A stretch of 64,000 nucleotides of DNA from Chrysomallon squamiferum. Its lineage: Eukaryota; Animalia; Mollusca. Below, piece after piece: positions 25,081 to 39,049 of this stretch. The stretch spans positions 26,660,001 through 26,724,000 of the forward strand of contig CM022665.1 in assembly GCA_012295275.1 (NCBI GenBank). Reading direction: 5' to 3'. Position 1 is the stretch's first letter, and each line of letters opens with the position of its first letter. The notes under the pieces are model-generated. The model did no database searches. It was not told the DNA's origin and saw only the letters and a program-made list of their open reading frames with translations. Position numbers and translations under genes: made by a program.

Positions 25081-26474
25081 CTTTTATTTATTTAATTATT
25101 TATTTATTTTTAATTATAATTATTTAAATTTTTACTATTAAATTTTTATTTATATTTTACTGTATTTTCCCTTTTACTTTATTTATGTATGTGTGTGTAT
25201 TTATATATTTTCTTATTTATTTACATTTAATTTTAATGTATTTTTTATTGTTATTCATTTTTTAATTTTTTTAATTTTAATCTAATTATTTTTTGAGATT
25301 TCATTTTTTATTTATTTTTTAAATTGATGTTATTTTTAAATTATATATTTTATTTTAGATATTTTAGTTCTTATTTATTTATTTATATTTTAATTTACAT
25401 TTTCATTTACTTACTTAATTTTATTTGCTTCATTTTATTCTTTATTTTATTTTATTTATTTATTTTTATTCATTCATTCATTTATTATGTTACCTTATAA
25501 TTAATTTAATTTAAATCAGTTTTAATTTTAATTTTAATTTTATTTATTTATATTATGCCTTACTTTTATTTATTTTTTTCTTTTAATTTTAATTTAATTT
25601 TGTTATTATTATTTTAATTCAGTTTTAAGATTTATGTATTTGTTTTTATTTTTTTTGAATTATTTAGTTTATTTATTTATTTTGTAACTTTCGTTTATTT
25701 TTTATTTAGCTGTTTATTTTACTTTCATTTTTTTATATATATTTTTGTTTTTATTTTTTAATTTTTTAATTTAATTTTAATATATATATATGTATGTATG
25801 TATATATAAATATATATTACTGTTTTTTATTTTTTTATTTTTTATTTTTTTCTTCTACTTGCATGTGTTTGTTTTGTTTTTTAATTATTATTTATATTAT
25901 TTTAATAGTTTTTTATTTACTCTTTTTTTCATTTATTTAAAATATTTTATTTTTACTGATTTGTTAAGTTATTTGTTCATATTTAAATGTAATTTAATTT
26001 GAATCTGAATGGATTTTTATTCATTTTTTATTATTTATTATTTATTTACTTTTTTTTAAATTTTAATAATTAAAAAAAAAATTAAATACCTTTTATTTTT
26101 GACGTTTCTTTTTAATGACGTGTTATTTATATTTTTTCTTACTATTGTCTGTTTTAGTAAATTATTTCTGTACAATATCATTAATTTTATTTCAGTTACT
26201 TTATTTATTTATGTTTTATAATTAATTATTTTAATTTGAATAATTTTTATTCATTTTATTATTACTATTATTTTATTTTTATTATTATTCCTTTATTTAT
26301 TCATTATTTTATTTTTTGTTACCTTATATATGTTTGTTTATTTACATTATTATTTTAATTAATTTTTTATTTCAAAGTTCTGGGTTATTTTTGTATTTAA
26401 CAAACAAGGCATTTTTCCCTTTTTATTTCAACTATTATTTCTGTTTTTTTTTCTTTTACTTATTAAATCCAATT

Positions 26475-26514
<40 letters not shown>

Positions 26515-26600
26515 TTCGTTTCTTTTTAATTATTGTTTATATTTATTTCATTTTTTTTTTTTTTTTTTTTTTTTGTTTTCCACTTTTTTTTCTGTTTTTA
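25081..26600. repeat. Extremely T-rich low-complexity tract of about 1.5 kb
   Basis: Almost entirely TTTA/TTTTA/poly-T on the plus strand with very few G or C. Confidence 0.85.
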
Positions 26601-27450
26601 ATAAGTTAATTCTTTGCAGCTTAACCTTATCAATGTTTGAAGATGGCATAAATGCCATGATTAGTTCATTTTAATAATAATTAGACAAATTTATTACCGT
26701 CTCTATCGCTTTCTACCTTGGTTCTTGCACAGTCTCGCACTACTTACGTGCGATGCTCCACGGTACTCGGGCCGAGTTTATCACAGAATATTTCCTTTTT
26801 AATGACATAACATACGGAGAGAACTGAGACATGGGAGATAATGAGTGCAGGGAATGTCGCGTAGATTTATGACGAATATGTTTTATGAAGACCACCCTTA
26901 AAATTGGTGTCAGGAGATAATTATATGACCGAAATCAACCGTTTACAATTAGGGGCAAAAATAAATAAATAAATTATTTATTTGTGTGGCTTTGTACAAG
27001 ATAGGGAACGTACACCAAAAATAAAAGATACATTTGGCAGGATCTGTTACAGTAACACACACACACATAGCAAAATAGCCACATGAAATAAAAAAAGCCA
27101 TATATGTCTTTCCAGTACAGGATTTACGATGGTTTATGGTCCAATAAACCCTGGATCAATTGTTAGGAACAATAACTATATAGGTACGGCGTTTCAAAAA
27201 AAAAAAGAAAAGAAAAAAAAGATATTACTACCATTAGAAATTAGCTTAGCCGTAATAAAAAAAAATAGGAGCCTCATCACAGTGCACCAACAGAACTTAA
27301 TCCGGCTTTGTTAAAAAATGACAAGCGTGTAAAATAGTTCATTTACGAAGATTTACAAACGAAATTATTGCCACAGATTTGATTAATGAATGAAGTTTGT
27401 TTACTTCATTTTATTCGTTCAAAGTGTTAGCAGTGCGATTTGTACTTCAA

Positions 27451-27732
27451 TCTTACATATTTCACTATACCTTTCTTATCCTACGCCGTCATCCAAATTC
27501 ATGAATAAATATTTATAATAAACACATCGGGTCATTTGACGTTACAAACTCGGCTTTCCCACACTTCGTATTAAAGTAGCAAATGACAAACCCTAAACTT
27601 CGTATTAATATAACAACAACTAAATCTAACTTGGTATTAACATATCAAGAAACTTAACCAAATAAATAAATAAATATTAAGATAACAAGTAACTAAATAA
27701 ATCTGCATATTAACGAAGCGAGTGACTTGCTT
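27451..27732 (+). mobile_element. Dispersed repeat, copy 1 (Helitron-like 5' end)
   Basis: About 280 bp highly similar to 45868-46157. It starts A|TCTTA and has internal AACTT(C/G)GTATTAA subrepeats. Confidence 0.6.
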
Positions 27733-30700
27733 GTTTGAGCTTTATAATATTGACACACCAATAATTAATCCAAATTTCATACTATCATAGCCAATTATAT
27801 CACCTCAGTGACCGATATCAGTAATTTTAATATTACAGTTTATTTGGATAAGGTTTCGTGCAACAAACAAACAAACAAACAAAAAGAATTTTACTTATTT
27901 GAAATTTAATGATCAGTATAGTAATGCCTTTTATAAATGGGACATAAGTACTTTGCCTGATACAGAACAAAATGTGCTACTTTTGAAAAAAAAAAAAAAA
28001 AAAAAAAAAAAAACAAATACAACTATCTGAAGAAATAATAATGGTTTTCATATCCCTCTATTCATTTATTTATTATATTTATTTCTCACGAGGTATTATT
28101 TAATATTTTTATATACACTTATGGGACATAAATTCTCAATTTGTCCATTTCTGGGAGAAGGACGCAGTTGTAAAATGCCTCGAAGTTCATGGATATATCA
28201 TATAATGAATGCATTAAATAGCTTTTATAAAACGTTTCTAAATACTTAAATAAATAAATAAATAAATAAAAAAATTTCATACACTTATGTGCTACCATGT
28301 ATGCATTCGTATGCTTTATGTGTATAATTTGTCTGGGAATGTCTAGCTTGCCTTAAATAAAATTTATAAAAAAATAAAAACAAAAACAAAAATAAAAAGC
28401 GTTATCTTTTATTTAATTATTTTACTACAAATTAAGTTGTCAAAATCTCAATTACCGACAGGTCTGTGGACGTTAACATCTTGATGGGCAGAAGGCAGTA
28501 GAAACCATGCAGGTGTTGCCGTCCTCTGTTCAGTTTTCTGTGACAAGGTCTCCAAAATCAGTGAACCTATGACATTCGTGCCATTTAGTGGCGATAAAAC
28601 GCGGCGTGATTCCGCAGATGTTTCTCGGCGATAGTCGGGAAGACTTTCCGAGTGAGATCGTAAACCATCGTTCCTATCGGAGCAATACCGTATCAAACTG
28701 CTCGTTTTCCAGTGATAAACTCGAGATATTTACATTGTTGACGATTCATGGACCTCCTCATCTTCTGCTTTTGCCCCGAGATCGGCCGAGATTGTAATGA
28801 AAATGCCACATACAATTTAACTAAACGTGTTAGCTTGTGACTGGGGTTACATCCAGTGATATATGTGTACCGAATAAAACACGCTTTAGTAATACGATAC
28901 CACCGTGGTTATATATGTGAACCGAACATTATCTTTATGGAATCCATCCAAACTCGGCAATCTCCTTTTTCTGCAATTATGCAGTTTATTTGGTGCGATG
29001 TTATATATTTTTTCTTTCTGTTTTAGTTATTGGGTGGGCTTATTTTATTTTATTGCATTTTATAAAATATTTTATTTTATTTTATTTTATTTATTAATAT
29101 TATTTATTATTATTATTGTTATTATTATTATTTTATTTTTATATATTTTAAACAACAACAACAACAATAATAATAATAATAATAATAGTAAATTCAAAAA
29201 CATATTAATTTAAGGAAGAGCAAAGAAGCACTAATGCTTTATTAATCAATTTACTTGGTCTTTAGATTAATTCATCTTGATTTACATTATTATGCATAAA
29301 CTGATTTTGATATGGTTAATAACCGTGGTTATTGAAAATGAGTGAAGTCAAGCATATATTACATTTTTGTTCTTCACCTTCAACTTGACTTTTTGTATAT
29401 CAGACGAACTGATTAACTTAATCTAAATGAATATTCGTACAATAATTACCATGAACAAATCTCTTTAAAAACAAAAAATGTGACAACAGAAATTTGTAAA
29501 AGTTCTTTACTTTTTTTTTTATTGGCCTGCATAAGCCACCCACCGCCATATACATGTCGTGTCAGCCGTCTGCTGTTTATAATGTACACCGATAATATCA
29601 CGCGACATCGTTGTGTCAGAATGATAATGCTCTTACTGTGTTTATTAACGTACATAGTAGATGTTCGGCAACTCGCGCCATTTGTAAATAAACATCACTA
29701 GAGTGTAAATGGGCTGTCACAAGCAGACGATACCGCAGAGAAGGTAGCAATTAACGGCTCGAACTGAGGGCCACGTAAAAGCTTTAGCCATAATGATATA
29801 ATACTAATGAGTGCATTGCTTTCTTTTTATTGATAAAATGTTCTTTCCTTATTTATATTTATGCGGTATAAATGCCAGGCTTCTTACAGATAAAATCAAG
29901 ACATGACGGAATTATTTTTACGGGCTTTTATTTCTCAATTTCTGATAAGTACGTACAACGTTTAAATGATATGCGGGGTTATCTCCTCAAAGAAAATGAA
30001 TTCGTTGTAACACCTGCTTAATTAAATATCGTAATGAGATGCTCGAAAAACTGGGCTGACATTTGTTTTTTATTTTAATTTTATTTAATGGTATTCTTTA
30101 CGTAGAATTTTTAAAGATTTTATTTTTTACAACAACAACAACAATAATAATAATAATAATAATAAATTAAAACCTTAAAGAATTCTTGATAAAGAATACA
30201 TATAATAAAAAAAAACGTTGTTTACACACATACACACACACACACACAAACAAACACACAAACACACACACACACACACACAAAAATAAATAAAACTTAT
30301 ATTTGTTATTTTTAAAATGACACATAATTTGACAAATGAAATAAAATACTCTCCTTATTATTACTAGTTCAATATACCTTTGATTTATTTACGTTCGAAT
30401 GTTTGCTATTTTTTAAATATATAAACTAAAAAAAAAAAAAAATAAAAAAAAAAAAATAATAATAATAATAATAATAATATAAAATAAATAAATGAATATA
30501 TAAAAATAAATAAAATAAAATAAAATAAAATAAAATAAATAAATAAAATAATTAAATAAAACTCAATAAATCAATATTTTTTTTTTTTTTTTTTTTTTTA
30601 ATATTAATTAAAAAAAATACTATTAAAATATGTTCCTTATTAGGCTTACATTTGTTTGAATATAATCTTTTATATCTATTTATATAGTTTATATCGCCTT

Positions 30701-31205
30701 TCTAATATATTGGCTTTATAACAGTGATATATATTAAGTCGCTCCAGATTCCGATTCAGTTTTACGGGGGATGGAAGTTTTTTTTTTTTTTTTTTTCAGT
30801 TTTCCTGTAAATAAATAAATTAAATACAACAAAACAAAACAAAACAAAACACTTTCGGATAGATAATAAATTTAAAATAACAATAAATTACTGACAATGT
30901 TATCATAACTTTGATTCCTCTAGTTTTATATGCAGTGACTTTACATGACTTATTATATATGACTTATAATACTGTATATTCTTCTATGCTTATGAGTGAC
31001 ACGACTTAAAGAAATATTAATAAACTGCTTTAACTACTAGACGTATAACGATCAGTCTCTCTCTGTATTTACTTGCAAATGTTATTCAGCTGTCATATTT
31101 TACTGGTATTTCAAAAGGTTGATAACTCTAGTAATAAAAAGTCAGAAGTATAAAATATATAAGCCTATTTAACCCACATTAATTTGGGCTTTTATCTTGC
31201 AGAGC

Positions 31206-31240
<35 letters not shown>

Positions 31241-32623
31241 CTATTTCACGTTATTTTTACTTCTTTAAAAAACAAAAAACAAACAAAACTGATAGAAAGT
31301 AAGGAAAAAAATAGAATAGAAAAAGATAAGAAAGTGGAATATATATATAGATAGATAGATATATAGACACACACACACACATATATATACACTGTTATAG
31401 AAAAAAGAATGAATGAAAGAAAAAGAAAGAAAAAACAAAGAAGAAAAAAGTAAAAAAAAAAAGTACATTAATTAAAACAGAAGTTTTCTCACAGGAGAAA
31501 ATATTTGGTTTGTTCGTATCACTTTCCTAACAGGACACACCATTTTTAGTATTGTTAGAAAAATTAATACAGTTCTAATTTCTGAAGTGGAAAAACGAAA
31601 AAACATTAAAGAAACAAATAAAAAAAACAAATACAAAAACAAAAAAAACTGTTCGTGTCTCTTGAATGATTATCATTCTTCAGAGACCTTCTTCTTAATT
31701 ATTATTTTTACTTTTTGTGCATCCGCAGTTATTGAATTTTTTCTCACGTACCACAGTTTGAATACTTCTGAATTAAAAAAATTATGATAAAAAAATTATG
31801 AATCAAAAGGTCGAGTTCTGTATTTATTGTGCTCAGTTTGTCAAAATCCGATTCTGTCAAATTCCTTTCATTTGGTTTGTGTTAACAGAAAATTAATTCA
31901 TCATTGAGTTGACTCGTGATAGTAATGTGTTTGTTGTTTAGCTATTCAAACCACATTTAAATTCAATTGGCTTCCCGCGCGCCTATGCATTCGGCGAGAC
32001 AGTGTCAGCCTAATGACATATGGCGGGAATTTGTTCCCCGTTATTGACACGAGAGAGAAATGAGGTGATCATTATTATTATTGTAGTTAATTGTATTAAT
32101 TTATTTTAAATACGACACCATTCACGTAACTAATTACTTGATGTCATAGTTACATCATAAACTTGTTCATGTGGTAAACACTTGTGATGAACTTTCCGGT
32201 ATTCTGATACTCAGCTGAGGAGTATTTGAAGACTCTTCAACACCATACCATCTGTGATATCGACAACTACTGCAACTACTACAGCTACTAATTCTACTCT
32301 TACTACTGCTGCAACTTATAATAACAGTAATATAATGAGGATGATGATGATGATGATGATGATGATATAAAACACAAAAGAATATAATCTACTTATTATG
32401 TATACATACATACATACACACACACATACATAAATACATACATCGATTCATACATACACACACACATGCGTACATATATGGGATTGTTTTTGGATGTGTA
32501 TATCTCTGTGTATGTATGTGGGTTCCTAAAATGAACTGACATTTTTTATTATTTATTCAGTATTCTTTAACTTTGTGAGAAATTTGTAAAAATGACTAAC
32601 GAATTTTTCATTTCCGCTCTTTA

Positions 32624-32833
32624 AATAATAATAATAATAACAATAATAATAATAATAACAACAACAACAATAATAACAATAATAATAATAACAATAATAA
32701 TAAAAACAACAACAATAATAATAACAATATTAATAATAACAATAATAACAATAACAATATTAATAATAACAACAACAATAATAATAATAATAACAATAAC
32801 AATAACAATAACAATAATAACAATAACAATAAC

Positions 32834-32875
<42 letters not shown>
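32624..32875. repeat. (AAT/AAC)n trinucleotide microsatellite
   Basis: Directly visible. It explains the poly-Leu ORF at 32608-32877. Confidence 0.95.
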
Positions 32876-32876
<1 letters not shown>

Positions 32877-33512
32877 TCTTTTAAAACAGGTTTTAATAAC
32901 AGCTGAACCCTGCCAACGATCCCAAGGAATAATAATCATGTCACGACCAAATAAACATCTTAATTTATCGACTTTTACTTATTAGCTTTAAGAACAGTAA
33001 CACGGTACACCTGATGGAAATTTTGTTGACAGAACAACCCAATCAATGTCAGTCTGAAGCCGCAGATCTAGCTCAAACAATGACTCCACGTCTGAACCGA
33101 ATTAACCCTGTGAAGCGTTGCGCTCCCATGGGGAGAGGTTTTATCGCGGTCACCAGGGGAGGCAACCACACCAATAACGGTGTTTCGACCACGTCGCCGT
33201 CGGTCCCCACTGGAAGTGACACTTGTTACATACTATGACGGTAACTGGTTAATTGAGAGCAGGGACTCTTCATTAATTTTAATCGGATTCGCGAGAGCGT
33301 TTTTCAATTAAGTAGCGTGATTTACGGCGGCAAAATTCTCTGACGATTTATCACGAGACGAATAAAAGTTACTTAAAATACGAAGCATTACTTGAATGTG
33401 TAATGATATCGCTACATTTTATTGTGACCGTATTTATCAGGTGTCATTTATAAGTGTGTGTTTGTGTTGTGTGTGTGTGTGTGCGTGTGTGTGTGGGGAG
33501 GGTGTAAATATT

Positions 33513-33548
<36 letters not shown>

Positions 33549-33587
33549 GTTAGTGCATATGTATGTGTTTGTGGTATAATAGTTAAA

Positions 33588-33681
33588 AGAGGAAACCGGC
33601 TGCTGCCTTTCCCATGGCAGCAGTAAATGACCCTTTACGTGTACCTTCCCTTACCCAGGGAAACTCTTACTACGGCTTCTG
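33588..33681 (-). mobile_element. Decayed MetaSINE-like core
   Basis: AGAGGAAACCGGCTGCTGCC-TTTCCCATGGCAGCAGTAAATGACCCTTTACGTGTACCTTCCC..CAGG..TACTACGGCTTCTG resembles the reverse complement of the Meta-domain SINE core as recalled (AGAGGAAACCCGCTGCCGCC..TTTCCGATTAGCAGCAAGGGATCTTTTATATGCACCATCCC..CAGG..TACCACGGCCTTTG). Confidence 0.5.
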
Positions 33682-34208
33682 CAACTCTCTTGTCGTTGAC
33701 GTCTGGTTCGAGCGGTCTGTAAACCAAGACATGGACTGATGAGGATAGATCCTGATACTAATCACTTATAAGGCCAAAGAAGTACGCACAGATCACTGAA
33801 CAAAACTAGGAATCTATAATCTTCAGTAATAATGAAGAAGTTATATTTTATTAAAGGAAAATAATTTAAATTAACAAATAAATTAATAATTATTACCACA
33901 ATAATGACGAAGGAGTTAAAGTTTAATTTCTAATAAACATTAAAAAAGCTGCAATTTGAAACCACGAATATAATTTTAATTTTAAATTTTTACTTACTAG
34001 TTCTTGGGAAAAACAAATTCATATACACGCTGTTTTAATTTTATTTGAAATTTATATCAGTTTTGGAGCCAGCCGTCGATTTCAGTATGAAAATCACCTT
34101 TAACCACTTTAACATTATAATTTTTTTGCTTCATTTAATTTTATCTTATCTTATCTTATCTTATTTCATTTGAATTCATTTTATTTCTTTTTTATTATTT
34201 ATTTGTTT

Positions 34209-34244
<36 letters not shown>

Positions 34245-34879
34245 TTTTTCGCCTTTTTCTTTATTATTTTTGTAAACTTTAGAAGCAGCGCAGGAAAGAA
34301 TCTGCGTGATAGAGTTGTTTATTTCTTTCTGAATTAATGGACTTTTGACAGGATAATTTCACTTAATATTTAAAACAATTTTTGAAATAAAAGATATATA
34401 TTCCAAAAAATCTAACAACTTCTTAAGTAATAAAAAAAAAATTCATAGCCTCACTTAAAAGAATAAGTACACTTTTCAACTTTAAATTTTATTTTTGAAA
34501 AAAAAAAAAAACTTCAAGAAAATCGTCATCGGAGGACAATAAATGTTCATTCGGTACATATCACTTGGTAGTAAAAATACATTTTTATAATCTGCTTATC
34601 ACCATGAAGACTAAACGTATACACCCAAAGAGTGTATAAAGTATATACAGACATCACATGAACAGATGCTACTTTTCAAAGCCGTGACCACATCGTTGTA
34701 GCCAAAAAAAAAAAAAAAAAAATTTTAAAAAATATTTCGACATCTGCGATTTCTCCACATCGCTGGGGAACCCTCGGGATAATCTGAATGTGTATAAACT
34801 TACCTCACGTTTTAAGTGATGCGATTCATAATGGTGTGACATAGACTTTTGATTAATTCAGTACGACATGAATGCGATA

Positions 34880-35120
34880 CAATTAGCCGTGTAACGAAAG
34901 CCCCACACAAAGCGACCAGGCTACTCAAGGACGATAAGGCGATAATTACTTTCTAATTGATAGCTTTTGCCTTCATAAAAATGGATGCGGTTTCTCTCGA
35001 CCAATCAGAACGCAGTTTAACAATAACGATTCCTGATTGCCTTCACACGTGGGGTCTTGTAAACTTTCTCAAAGACACGGACGGATATTTCCATTTTGGA
35101 TAACTTTTCTAGGCTTCGTT
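34880..35120 (+). promoter_or_regulatory. Putative Hlx proximal promoter
   Basis: CpG-containing block with CCAATCAG at 35001 and an E-box CACGTG near 35046, about 300 bp upstream of the Hlx ATG. Confidence 0.45.
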
Positions 35121-35335
35121 AACGGTATTTTCAAATTTAGGTCTACGATCGAGAACAAGATAGTAGATTTTAAAAAAAAAAGAGAAAAAAAAAAGAGTAA
35201 CTTTCTTTAGTTGTAACTGACATGGCTGTCATTTTCACGAGATATGTATAATACATCAAAACATTTTAATGGAATTACTTTGAATAACCTATTTAATAGA
35301 TGAATTTTAAAATTAATTTATAATTTATATTAAAA

Positions 35336-37120
35336 ATGTATTTAAGTACGTATGTGAACTGTATTACGACGCCGCCGACTATCGGTTACTGGGCTACGCT
35401 AAACCAGGACCAAATGAACGCAGTTTTCAAGAAAGGACAACATTCTTTCAACTTGACAGAAATTCTTCACCCATCTTCAGGAGCCGTGTCGCACCCGTAC
35501 TCTACCCCAGCATTCACCTACGGAACGCCCAGACCGTCTCCACCGCTTTCTCCAAACGCTTCTGGTTTGGCCCCACTGCAGGCTTTGTGTACCTCCGGGG
35601 TCTCGGCTTTTCACCCCCGGGCTAAAACAAATGACAGACGAGAGAACCCGTCCCAATCTTCCAGTCAGCTGAAGTTTGGAATTAGCCGAATACTGTCGGA
35701 AGATTTCGGCAAGACAAAAAATGAAAAGGGTAAACGTTTTTGAGAATTGTCTTAGATTATAATGACCGAAATATCTGCATTTCTATATCGAATCTGCATG
35801 AGTTTTTAATGTAGTACTTACGTGTATGCGTACATATATATTTTTAATTTATTTTTTAATTTTTATTATATGTCCTCTGGTTTGTTCAGGAATAGACGCA
35901 ATCAAAAACAAAACTGTCTGGAATTTTGTCTTTTATTAATGATGAAATTTAAAACAGAAATATTGTTACGTTGATATAAAAATTTATCTACGTTTAATAT
36001 AAATATAATATATAACAAAAACGATGGGGAAAAAAAAGAAAAGAAAAAAAAGAATGGAAAAGAAAAAAAGAATGAACTGAATACAAAATAGTAGAAAGTC
36101 AAAAAACATTTAAAATAATCAAAATCTTGTTTTGAATTTTAGCGTCTATAAGATATGAAATTATTTTAGTTAAGTAATAAATAAATAAATAAACAGCGAC
36201 AACAGAAACAACAACAACAATAATAGTAGTAGTAGTAGTAGTAGTAGTAGTAATAATAATAATAATTATCTAAGAAAAAAAAAAAAAAAAAAAAAAAACA
36301 ACAACACCAACCTACATTTTTATATTTTGCTGTGGATTTTGTTAAAACAGAACAATAGATTGTAATTCATTTATTTGTTTGTTTCTTTATATCTGCATGC
36401 AAACATATATCCATTTTAAACACTTTTTTTTTTGGGGGGGGGGAATTGTCCAAAATAAAAAAAATAATAATAATAATAAATAAATAAATAAAAATCCTTG
36501 AACAGTTAATGGAAGATTTATTAAAATCTTTTAAATAATGTTACCCAGACAGCTTATTAAAAATGATTATGTAGCTGATATACCTGAAGGGTTAAATTTA
36601 AGTCTTTTTTCCTGATATTTTTATAGTTTCTTACATTTATGTTAATATAAAGGTTGTAAAACTATCCAAACCGAAAACAGAGGTTGTCCTAAGAGCATTA
36701 AATGAAAAGTTAAGAAAATGATTAGAGTAGGTGTAATACAAATAACACATTTAATATTTCTTTTACATTTATTATTTGGATTTTAATCTAATAATAATGA
36801 AACAGATAAATTTAAGGAGAGTGGGGAAATGAAAACGTTAATTTGCTATCGTAAAATGTATTTGAATAATGTCAGTAATGTAACATTTTAATCATGTATA
36901 TTGTCAGCTGACAAGACTTAAATAAACAATAAACAATACAGCAATATTTATATTTTAAACAGAATGTAAACAAAAGAAATAATAAATAAATAAATAAATA
37001 AATAAATAAAAAATAAAACAAAATAACAATATAATTCTAGCTGGGTTTTTTTCCTTTGTTTATTTTCTTTTTTTTTTCTTCTTTTTTTTCACCTTTTAGT
37101 ATTATTATTATTATTATTGT

Positions 37121-37157
<37 letters not shown>

Positions 37158-39018
37158 TTACTGTTACTAATTCTTTAGGACTACCAGAGCTATTGTTATT
37201 TATTTTATTTTATTTTATTCTTTTCTATTCTGTATTTCCGTTTTTATGGGATAATTAGGTTTCATTAAATTGTTTAAATTTATTTATTTTATAGAATGTT
37301 CAATCACCGAGGTCTCGGTTACACGTTACCTTGATGAAAAGTCGATATAGATGTATAAATATGTAATTTCTTTTGTTCCAAACGTAACACTTTTCTTAAG
37401 TTTTATATATATTATCTTGATGTAAACAGGTGTTTGATTTACTATTAACATTAAAATCTGTAAGCATACTGTCTTAAAATTTTGTTTAAAAAACATTATT
37501 TTTATTTTTATTTTTATTTTATTTTTTTATTTTATTTTATTTTATTTTATTTTATTTTATTTTATTTTTTATAAATTAATTTATTATTTTAAGAGAAAAA
37601 TCGTAACTTAGTGCTTTAAGCAAAGTCAAAATTGATTTATTACAGTAACAAATTAGTCTTTTGATAACTGATTAATTTATCATACTGATAACTATTTGTA
37701 AGTTAGATATTTTCTATTACTTTAAAAGTCACTGATAACTCAGAATGTTATTTATTGCACTATGAATTATTTATAATGGCAAAAACGAATCTAATTTACA
37801 GAATTAAAATCTTCTTATAATGGAAAAAATTATCTGCTGCATTCAAATTTTCTTCATTAGTCTTTAATTTATTATGTCATTAAATGTTTTATTATAAAAA
37901 TCTTATCTCTACTCGGTTTAATTAACTCTGTAATTTTTGTTTTTCTTTTTGACACATACCTCTTATTTTTGTACTTTTTTTTTTTTTTTTTTTTTCTTTT
38001 TCATGTCCATTAAATTTAGTTGTTTTTGTTTTTTTTTTTTTTTAAATATTTCACAAAGGACTTTTAAAAATTCACAATTATTTATTATACACACTTGTAT
38101 TAAAATCTACAGAATTTTTTTTTTTTTTTTTTTTTTTTTTTATTCTTAGAGTCACTAAAAAGTAATATTTTAATTTAATAATAAGACTGACAATATGTAA
38201 ATTAATTTATAATTTAAAAACTAGAAAATGCGTACGTCAATTCTTTATGATTAAAATAAATAAATAAATAAATAAATAAAAAAGAATACGACAGAACAAA
38301 AATTAATACAGTACCTAATAACAATACAAATATTAATTTAAAAAAAATACATTGATAATTAAAAACTTAATCATATAATTAATTACTAAAATATCCTTTG
38401 AAAACCCAGTAAGTTAAAATATTACACTAACAATTATTTATAATTAATTCAGTCATAAATCATTTACTGTAAGAACTACTGACTGATTGTCGTTACGTAA
38501 TTAATTGTTTATGTTAAGATCTAATGATAATTTATCGTTAGGCAATGAATATTGTTTAAACAACGAGGTACTGATGACTTCAGTATAAAGTTAATTTATT
38601 TATATTAAGATTATTTATTTATTTTCAATTTTTGTCAAGTGTATGGACAAAACGGCTTAAATCAGAATGTATCACTACTTTCGACGAAATGGGAATAATA
38701 AAATTCCATTGTTGCTTACTGAAAACGTATTTAATCCAGTACTAACAACATAATATTCCCTAGTGATATAAGGAAACTTATTCAGAAATCAACAAAAGGA
38801 AAATGTAAATACAATGAAAGTGGTGTGAGAAATTCTTTGTTTTGAAAACCTTCATGGTTTAGTCAGTGCTTTCCGTCATGTCAGAATGTCAACTTCTGGC
38901 GAACGAGTGATAGTGTTGTCAAAATTTATCAACAACTTTCGTTTAATCTACGTTAATATCAATAACAAACACCCTTCTTTTAGAGCTGGCAACTTCAATA
39001 TAAATGTTTGGTATGTCG

Positions 39019-39049
<31 letters not shown>

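Noticed and set aside
26813-26830. Partial resemblance to miR-184
   Set aside because: Seed mismatch, an internal insertion and no precursor hairpin.
32608-32877. Poly-Leu ORF and similar Phe/Ile/Cys-Val/Asn-rich ORFs across the window
   Set aside because: These are translations of microsatellites and homopolymers.
33736-33760. Hammerhead-like CTGATGA-stem-GATAC
   Set aside because: The required GAAA core is absent and stems I and III could not be formed.
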